Assembly (NCBI GenBank): GCA_030167865.1
Contig: JALAGF010005680.1
Coordinates: forward strand, 1-64,000
DNA: 64,000 nucleotides
Source of the DNA: Craspedostauros australis
Lineage: Eukaryota
Direction: 5' to 3'
Made by a program: the position numbers and the translations under genes. The notes below the pieces were generated by a model. That model saw nothing but the letters and a program-made list of their open reading frames with translations, searched no databases and was not told the origin of the DNA. This document shows, piece after piece, positions 55,645-64,000 of this stretch (its first letter is position 1; every line of letters begins with the position of its first letter).

Positions 55645-56925
55645 ATGATGGGATTTGGGTATGCGACGAGGCTTTCAGCAACAACAGCATCGTTGCTGTT
55701 GCTGCTAAGCACGAGGACGGGCGTCTCTGGCAACAGCAGCTTGAGCAACAGTGGCAGTGGCAGTGGTAGTGGTAGTGGAAACGGCAGTAGCATGCTGGAC
55801 ACACCACCGTTCCTTCGATCGCTGCAACAGCAAGGATACGCGGATCAGGACAACTACTACGAATACAACCTCGCGGAGTACAGCCTCCGATTCGACAAAT
55901 GCCAATACGTCAAGATGTACGACGAAGAAATCGCTCAGGATGAGGACATCGAGGGCGTCCTGGCCATCAAGCACTTTGCCGTCTTCAGTCTGTGTCCGTC
56001 GGACACGTGCGAAAGCTCCAGCTGCGATGCCAACTTCGGACAGTACGTGGCGGAGCTCGAGGAGTACCTGGAGCTCACCGTGCAGGAGCAGGAGCAGGCC
56101 TTCGAGGAGATGTGCGACAACTGCAACGAGCGCTGCAACGATGAGGGCGACTACTGCTCAGGTTGTGGAAAGCTGTGCTACAGGTACGAGAATCTCAACG
56201 ACGAAGGCTTCATCGATGCGGCGGAGTACATCGAGTGCCAGGCCCTGGAGATGGATGCCGACGACGACGGCTCGCAGCTGTACATCGGACCACGATGCAG
56301 CGCCGACGGAACCCGCGTGCTGATCGGTCTCTTTTCGGATGAGGACTGCCTGGATCCGCACGTCGACGAGGACCCTGAGGACTACCTTGGCGCGAAGCTG
56401 TCGTACCATCTGCTGTCGCACACATCATCGGAAACCACCAGCATCTGCCTGAGCTGCAAGGAGCAGGAAGAAGACGGAGATGCCAACGATGATGCCGCCA
56501 ACAACGACAACAACGACAACAACAACAACGATCAGGAAGACTTGGACGACGTCGCCGAAATGTGCGAGAACATCTACAACGTCGCCGCTAAGTGCGAATC
56601 CAAGAACGGCCTTACCGGTGGATTCATGCAGATGAAGAAGGAGGACAACGACTATGAAAACCAGGTGGAGACGGAGTTCATGTCGTGCAGTTTCATCGAA
56701 TCCCTGCTGTCAAATTCCTACACCGAGACGGGAGACATCAACCTCGAGGGCGGGAACCAGGTCGTCTTCCGCAGCGTCACGGAGACGCAACAGTCTTTCA
56801 TGGGTATCCTGCTGGTGTCCATCGTGGGATTGCTGGCCGTCGTGATATGGTTGCAGAACAAGCTTGACAAGCGACAGGATGAACGCATCGATCTCTCCGC
56901 GCAGACGGCTGGTGTGCTTTCGTAA
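55645..56925 (+). CDS. Silicanin-1-like type I membrane protein
   Basis: Signal peptide, RSL (RXL) processing motif, YSLRFDKCQ...FSLCPSDTC...C...GQYVAELEEYL, many Cys, YIGPRC, C...Y..AAKCE, one C-terminal TM and a short cytosolic tail. Confidence 0.8.
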   Translation: MMGFGYATRLSATTASLLLLLSTRTGVSGNSSLSNSGSGSGSGSGNGSSMLDTPPFLRSLQQQGYADQDNYYEYNLAEYSLRFDKCQYVKMYDEEIAQDEDIEGVLAIKHFAVFSLCPSDTCESSSCDANFGQYVAELEEYLELTVQEQEQAFEEMCDNCNERCNDEGDYCSGCGKLCYRYENLNDEGFIDAAEYIECQALEMDADDDGSQLYIGPRCSADGTRVLIGLFSDEDCLDPHVDEDPEDYLGAKLSYHLLSHTSSETTSICLSCKEQEEDGDANDDAANNDNNDNNNNDQEDLDDVAEMCENIYNVAAKCESKNGLTGGFMQMKKEDNDYENQVETEFMSCSFIESLLSNSYTETGDINLEGGNQVVFRSVTETQQSFMGILLVSIVGLLAVVIWLQNKLDKRQDERIDLSAQTAGVLS

Positions 56926-57827
56926 ACAAGAGAAAACAGACCATGAGCGGCATGTGCGCATGCATGGCACGTGTGTAAGTGTGTAAGGACCCCCGTCAGG
57001 ATCCATCCGTCGCTCATCATCAACGTCGATTGAATTGCCCGAGAAGGTTGGCCGAGGATCATCCGCGCATACGCAGCGCAATACGAGTACAACACCGGCA
57101 CAAGGAAAGCAGGGCAACTGACATGCCGACAGTTTCGTGTCCGTCAAGATACATACAACATCGTGAGAAGAAGACGAAGAAGAACATAACACAACAGAAC
57201 ATAACAGACTCTCTGAGAATCTGCCGAGCCATTGAGCCACAAAATATAGTAGCATGGATAACAACACGGATCGTAACAACTCTTCTGGGATCATTGCAAG
57301 AACGACCCTCATCTGTTTCGAACATTGTCTGGCCTCAACGACACCACATTGAATCACGGAGGAAGCCACGTTGGAAGTTAGAAGCATGCATATCCACAGC
57401 AGAACAACATAGAGTACATCTTCATCCAGGTGTTGCACAAAGCATGCTCTGGAAGGGGAGAGAGAGAGTCAACGATTGCTGTGGTGCATTGGACTGTTGT
57501 GATAGTTTACCTAACTTGATCTCGCTGAATATTACAGCTGGTAGGTGACCGGAACTTCAGCTGGTTTGTGTACTTGGTTGCATCGAGTGAAAGGAAGCTT
57601 GTTCATCTGGATGCGTTGTACTCGTATGAGTATGATAGTGATACAGTTAACGATGGACAATTTGGTTTACTATACTTGGGTTTGCTTCTTTGCTTTTCTT
57701 CGATGGCGTGGAACACGATCACGATCACGAGCACTCACGTTCCACAGTGTCATACGAGTATCTTGCTGTACTAATACTGTCCGATCGTCACGTGTGTACT
57801 CCGCGTTGTGAGGGTACGAAAGCAAAT

Positions 57828-59770
57828 TTACATGACGATTCCGAGTCCGTACTTGAAGGTGCCGAAGTCAGATGGGTCGACGGTTCCAGAGGCGGTGAGT
57901 GTGACCTTTGGTGCGATTTCCTTGACGAGGGCAGCAGAGACGTTGCCACCGCCGTACTTGGCCTTGATGGTACCGAATGGGGCCTTGTAGCTGGCGCCGA
58001 TTCCGGAAAGGTCGAGGGCGTTGTCTGAGGAGTGGCTGGTCTGCGAGGCGATGGTGAGATCTCCGTTGACCTTGTAGAGGAGTCCGAGGCTGACGCTGGA
58101 GAACTTGCTGGTGGTTGTGACGGAGGCAGACATTGGTCCCATTCCGTAGCTGGCGCCGACGTCGAATGCGGTAAGGCCGGTCTTTCCGGAGAGGCCGTAG
58201 GTGGCGGCTCCTCCAAGCTTGGTTCCGTTGGCGAGGGAGATGCATGCGGTGCTGCTGACCTTGGACATGTTCATGACATCAAGGACACCGGTGGCGATGA
58301 TGTTGCCGCTGGTGTAGTCGATGCCGAGATCGGCACCCTTGTTGGCCTTGAGGGAGAGCTTGACGCCTGGCGCGACCTTCATGGATGTCTCGAGGACGCG
58401 TCCACCGGTGGCGGTTGCCTGGGCCTTGTCGACGTTGAACTTGGCGTAGGAGAACTTGGTTCCAACCTTGGACGTAAGGGCACCATCGGAACCTCTCGCA
58501 GTCTCGATTGTGACGGCGACTGGTCCAGCGTTCTTCTTGCATTTCAGTGTGGTCTTGGTTGAGTAGTCATCGTTGAGGAGGTCTGTAAATCGAAATTTGG
58601 TTTTGCACATGCAATTGTTTGATGGTGGTGCAACATCACATTTTGACATGGCGTTGACGGTACCAACAAAATGAAGTGGAATGCACAGAATAGCATCCAG
58701 CCATTTGTGCGAATCGTTGCGTTGCGCCACGTGATGGGTCAATCGTTGCCAATTGTTTGCCGCGTTTGGTGAATTATTGTAGATGGATGGCAGTCCAATT
58801 CCATGAGCGTTCGATCATCGCGTCATTGCGCCATTGTAGCGTTGCATCGTTGGTGAATGATAATGATGGTGATGGCACGGACGCAATTCAATTTTGGATT
58901 TATTCAGCGCAGCCGGAACGTGAAAAATGGATGCCGAAGTAATTGGTGAACGGCAGAATTGGTTTGGTGCCATGTGTGTGCCCGATTGTGAGTTTGCATT
59001 CATCAGAGTTACCCAATTATCATCGATTCAATGCAGCAACACAATTCAGTGCAGTTTGAAGATGTGGAGGGAGAGGGTCGGTCGCCAATCATTAAACGTG
59101 CCATTTCGAAGATGCCATCCCCGAATCAAACGATCATTGATTGTGTCATTATTGTTCGTTGTCATCCATGTGTCGCAGTGCGAGTATGATCAAGTGAACC
59201 GTCCAAAATGATGAGATTGCAAGGTGAAACAGTTGATGTGAGTCAATGGATGTTGGAGTAGACATATGCAGTGTTGTTGTCATTGTTGCCATTGCTGCTG
59301 TTGCGATGAAGATCTTGAACCATAATCCGAAGCAGCATCACCTCCATGGGCAGGTTTGGGCCAGGTTGTGCTGCCAAGGCATCATGTTGACACAAGTGAC
59401 GTATGTTCCAGGTGAAGAATTGTTGAACGGCCACCATCGAACATCATGACCAATGAATTGCTTCATTCTGCCAATCATATCCTTGCCGTCAACCACAAGC
59501 CGTCACGGAATTCCCTGAAAGCTGCAAGCCGATGGCATGAACGTAGTTGGCACGTCAGTTCTCCGCTTCCGATTGACGCCGTCGCAGTTGCGGTTGCGTC
59601 TATTCATGCAATTTCAAATGCCGCAGAAGCAACCTCAGGCATTGTCGTCATCTGAGCATCGCGAGGGTCTGTTCCGCAATTATCTGCGCCGCAATGGACA
59701 CTCGGAGAGTACTCTTGTATGCATGCTTACCCTTTGGAGCCTTGGCGATATCGGAGAACTTGGTGGCCAT
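57828..59770 (-). CDS. VDAC: Mitochondrial outer-membrane porin VDAC (2 exons)
   Basis: 40-nt exon 1 59770-59731 (MATKFSDIAKAPK, donor GTAAGC), intron 59730-58583, exon 2 58582-57828 (DLLNDDY...beta-strand pattern...KYGLGIVM). Confidence 0.9.
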
Positions 59771-60486
59771 CTTGACGGTGTTAACAAGGGTATCGGAGGG
59801 TTGGGGTGGTGTTTGTTGTTGTTGTGTTTGAGATGATGGATTTGGGGGTTTCGAGTGATGACTGATGTTCCTGCGTTGCTGCTGGCGGCAGCGACAGCGA
59901 CAGCACCACCAACGAAAGGAAGAGGGAAAGTTGTTTCGCAGTCGTCCCCGCGTTGTTGTTGCTGACGGAAACGTTCGGATTTAGCTCTCTCTCTGCCTCT
60001 GCCTGTTCGAGTTTTCGCTGTTGGCTGCGAACGAGTTGGCAACGTCGCAACACACGCGCAAACGGTGATCACCAATGCTGTTGCCGTCTGCGTCACGACG
60101 CCAAATTCATGTTTCTTCAGTGGTGGTTTTCGTGATAGCCATGATGTCATCAGAGGCGACGTATACATGGACAGACGTAAGATTCATTCGACTTCTCCTT
60201 CATTCAATCATTCGTGATTCGGGTTGGCGCCAAAATTGAATCTCGGTTGTCAACAGGAATTTGCACAAAACCACAAACACAAGCACAAACACGGCCTCAG
60301 CATGTGGACCACCTCCAACAAAGCAACACCAAGCGCGACCTACTCTATGGTACGAGTGCGTGCAACAGGTACCATAGTCGTACTATTACATCAATCATCA
60401 AGGCACCAACCAATCTATCGTCGCGTTGCTATTTATTTCATCATCCTCACGACCTTGCATCGCTCAATCCATTCAGTGCTGCCAGG

Positions 60487-61506
60487 ATGGTAACAACGAT
60501 GGCGAACATTGCTGGAGCCCTTTCCGTTGCTTTGTTGGTGACGACGATGATTCCATTCACACTCGACAACAATTCGCAGGCGCATGCATTCATCGTCACA
60601 TCTCGGAACACAGAGCATGGCGTGCATCCATTGCGCATGATGGATGATGATCGGAACAGCGACGACAGGGATGACAGCAACGACGATGCAATATCGCGAC
60701 GATCCCTCTTCCTCAAGGCTCCCGTTGCTGTCGGCGGCGCCGTGATCTACGGCAAGCTGGTCTCGGATTCCATCCAGAAACTCACACGCGGAGATCTCGT
60801 CTTCCCGGACGATCACGAGCGACGCGTGGCATCCACCATTGCCACGGCGTTTGCCAATTGCATTCCTGCGGCCAGCGATGGCCGTCCGCTGCGTGTTCTG
60901 GAAGTGGGCATCGGCAAAGACCTGCGCGTGCTGCGGCGCAATCTGTACAACGATGGATTTCGAAAATTGGAAAATGCGGGCGTCACGTCCGTGCAGTTGG
61001 TGGGTGCCGATCTATCGCCACCGTCGGATGCGATCCTCGCGGATGCCAAGCAGCGCGTTGGGAAGCAGCTACAGCAATCCAACAGCGGCGTGCAGGTGGA
61101 TATTCAGGTCCTGCAAACCTCCATCGAGTCCATGCCCACGTTCGCGGATGGGTCCTTCGACTGCATCGTGTGCTGTCTGACATTGTGCAGCGTTTCCAAT
61201 CCACAAGCGGCTGTCATGGAGATGAAGCGGCTGCTGCGGCCGCAGGGTGGAACTTTGGCATTCGTGGAGCATGTAGCCGTGAATCAGGACGAATCCTACC
61301 CCATCTTGCGGGCCCAGCAACAAGTATTCGATCCGTTGCAGCAGATCGTGGCGGACAATTGCCATTTGCGTCGTGAGACGGATCGTACCGTTGCTGAGGT
61401 CTTTGGTAACGCGACGAGGTGGCTCGCGCAGGAACGCTTTGTGGTCGACGGCATGTGGCCGGTGTCGTGTCAAACATGCGGTGTCCTTCAAACCATACTA
61501 ATATGA
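60487..61506 (+). CDS. Plastid-targeted methyltransferase type 11 (METTL7-like)
   Basis: Signal peptide ending AHA|F, then VLEVGIG, GADLS, DGSFDCIVCCLTLCSV, RLLRPQGG, FVEHV and NCHLRR. Confidence 0.8.
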   Translation: MVTTMANIAGALSVALLVTTMIPFTLDNNSQAHAFIVTSRNTEHGVHPLRMMDDDRNSDDRDDSNDDAISRRSLFLKAPVAVGGAVIYGKLVSDSIQKLTRGDLVFPDDHERRVASTIATAFANCIPAASDGRPLRVLEVGIGKDLRVLRRNLYNDGFRKLENAGVTSVQLVGADLSPPSDAILADAKQRVGKQLQQSNSGVQVDIQVLQTSIESMPTFADGSFDCIVCCLTLCSVSNPQAAVMEMKRLLRPQGGTLAFVEHVAVNQDESYPILRAQQQVFDPLQQIVADNCHLRRETDRTVAEVFGNATRWLAQERFVVDGMWPVSCQTCGVLQTILI

Positions 61507-62334
61507 TTGACATACTCGTATAATAGCATATGTACAACAAGCTCTAGTCCGTACGTGCTTCTGGAGAGTAGACGGTACACAGTATGAAACAATGCATGAA
61601 TTCGGAAATAGAGCATGAGCTCGTCTCTTTCAATTCTCCACATTGCTATTTCTGGTTACATATGATGGGGGTCGTCCTTGTTGAATGTGCCTTCACTGTT
61701 TTGGCGGTGGCTTGACGGCGGAGACAGGCTTTCGTTGGTTGATTGGATTGTTGGTTGATTGATTGAATGCAATGGCACCATGCCTCACGCGTCAGTCGGA
61801 TAGAGCGCACTCCATCCGTTTCAGCGGCGGCGGTAGCAGCATCATTTCCAGAATCGCAATCACATTCCACGGATGGGATGGAAAGTTGCTTTTTGTGAAA
61901 CTGCCGAAGTCCTGCACCTTCCGAATACTCGTAGTTGCATCTTGAACGAAAATGAAGTGCGCTGAATGAAAGCGACCAACTCCCTTCATTCTGGCATGCA
62001 TTGTATCCTTTGTGTGTTCTACTTCTACTGCTCTCACAAAGTCATGATACATCATGAGAGTCCAAGTGCAAGCAGAATGTAGCCGAGCACTGTCATCCAG
62101 ATGCATCCCTCAGCAGACTTCTTCCTTCCTTCATTCCACCTTCCTCTTTCTGCATTTCACATCCCGCATCCTACATTCGACGAGTTTCATATATCTCATG
62201 CCGATGCGCCCATCCCACCCTTTCATCTGATGGTTCATTCGAAATGGATGCCATTGTCCGCATTTGCTCGAACCCAGCCAGCCAGGTAGCCAGGTGGCCA
62301 AGTCAGAGCAACGCCTTGTGCACGCATTCTCTCC

Positions 62335-62682
62335 CTAGTCCTTCTGCTGCTGCTCGCTCATGGCTTCCGAAACGGCGTCCGCGGAAGCATTCTTCCGTGA
62401 TTCCGCTTCTGCCTGCTGCCTCGCGTACTCATGATCGGCCCTGTATCTGGCATCCTTCTCGGCGTACTTTCGTTTCTCTGCCTCCACGACCTGCCGTTCC
62501 CGTTCCATGGAGTTGACATGACGCGCGTCCTTCTCTGCCACCATCCGCTTCTGATCCTCTATTTGCTCCCACTGCTTCACGTTCTCCGCCTTCTCGCGTG
62601 CATCCTGTTCGGCCAGCAGCCGTCTATCCACGGCGACTCCGGCGTTGGTGTCAGGTCCGTTGGCGTTGCTGTTGGCGTCCAT
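62335..62682 (-). CDS. Small charged coiled-coil protein or gene fragment
   Basis: 115-aa ORF with ACC-ATG-G start context and an internally repeated AE(Q/K)DAR motif (3 times). It may be a remnant. Confidence 0.4.
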   Translation of the reverse strand: MDANSNANGPDTNAGVAVDRRLLAEQDAREKAENVKQWEQIEDQKRMVAEKDARHVNSMERERQVVEAEKRKYAEKDARYRADHEYARQQAEAESRKNASADAVSEAMSEQQQKD

Positions 62683-64000
62683 GGTTCGTCCTTTTCTGTT
62701 TTCCGATGTGTTGTCTTGGTCGTTGTGGTGCTTCGGCTGGTGGTTCCAATGATGCCGCTTTGTTCTTGGTGCAATATCGACTATAGTATTCTATAATGGT
62801 TTGATGCTCGTAAGAAATGTATGGTGTGGGTAGGTGCGGATGAAAGATGTTGGTGGCCATGGACGGCGATGCCAAAGTTGGCGAGAAGAGGTGGCGCTTC
62901 ATCATCACACAACCAACAAGCATCCCAGTCACGACCACTTCGTCGGTGCGAACTACGATCTGCGCGACGTGGACGAGGAGTCGATCGTGGACACCAACAC
63001 ACGGACACGAATGGAACGGTTTGCCATTCCGCCACAGTCCGTGTTCTTGGCGGGAGTTTGAAATTCGCCAGGTTTGCAATGGACTCCTTCGAATACTTCT
63101 GCTGTGTTTTGTGGGGTTGTTCGTGAAAAGTAGGAGCAAAGTTTCGGGGGCGCACTCGTAGTTAGGGGGTTTCTTCGGAGTCACGTCACATCGGTGTAAG
63201 TAAAGTTAGCACACGAAACAGAATCGCTGAAGTGCACCATAATAAATTCGGGGGTTCCGCATCAGGGTAGCCAGAGGTACCCTTTTTGTTCGTACAATTG
63301 CCGCTGCGTTTCGCGCTGTTTGTTTTTGTGGCCATAGTCGACTCCATGTCCCGTAGCTAATTGTATGTGGCGGACGTTCCATCGCCTCTGCACGCGAAAA
63401 TTTTCAGTTGGAACGCTCATAATGGAGCCGAACACAATCACCACAACAGACAGACACATAGATCTAAGTAAGTGTGGCCCATGAAGGAGGGCGCTCCAAC
63501 ACCGACCATGTCAGCTCGAGCCGCACTCGTGCACCCCCAGAGGAGAGACTTCGGAGCAGGATGTGATGTGGATGGTCACATGATGTGGCCGATCATCCAT
63601 GAAACGTGAATTCCATCCTCGATGGAAACCGGCATCAGCAGCAGGGATGGCGGCACGCCAACGAGAATGGTGTTTGTGTTTGTGTGTGCGTCTGTGGCGT
63701 GGTGATGACAGTAACACCAACCACGAACATCGCGAACAAGACACCGCATGCGTACCACAGAACACCTCACGTGTTGACGATGGCGCAAGAATTCTGCGCA
63801 CGAGAAGTTCTTCTGGCATCAACGCCATACTCTGCGTACACTTGCGCCGACACATTGTGCGCATTCTTCACATGCTCACTTGCTGCGCATACCCAAGACC
63901 ATGAACTCACGCATTCAATTGAATCAACTTGCCTTGCCTCGCCTTGATGTTGCCACCCGCGCATTCTTACACCATGGCGCAACGCACAACAGCATTCCCA

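Noticed and set aside
19289..56925. Silicification gene cluster (SET protein, V-ATPase D, GT77, silicanin-like)
   Set aside because: The genes are spread over 37 kb among unrelated housekeeping genes, with no evidence of clustering beyond chance.
62780..64000. Possible transposon end or gene at the window end
   Set aside because: No terminal inverted repeat pair, target-site duplication or credible protein motif is visible within the window.

Overview
Gene-dense, intron-containing eukaryotic nuclear DNA, almost certainly from a diatom. The diatom call rests on a silicanin-like gene, bipartite plastid presequences and membrane-anchored SET proteins; the species cannot be determined from sequence alone. 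About 25 protein genes can be supported: acyl-CoA oxidase, rhomboid, ATG7, FTR-variable-chain-like, DDX51/DBP6, RACK1, a tandem-SET membrane protein, three SAM methyltransferases, V-ATPase D, HMG-box, NDUFB7, mL46, PEX3, APH/EcK kinase-like, S1/P1 nuclease, GT77-like transferase, silicanin-like, VDAC and several hypotheticals. Exon boundaries were worked out by hand from GT-AG sites and frame continuity. The most notable accessory signals are: (1) a three-copy ankyrin-repeat-BTB family whose 102-bp repeats vary mainly at the ankyrin binding-surface positions, with repeat-number change, a gene-conversion-like identical tract and a possibly intronised linker, two copies lying in a decaying island at about 33.6-42.4 kb; (2) an RRM fused to a bacterial-type RapZ C-terminal-like domain; (3) a candidate divergent PEX26/APEM9-type tail-anchored peroxin. 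No rRNA, tRNA, CRISPR array or transposase was recognised. Family assignments come from motif recognition, not database searches.
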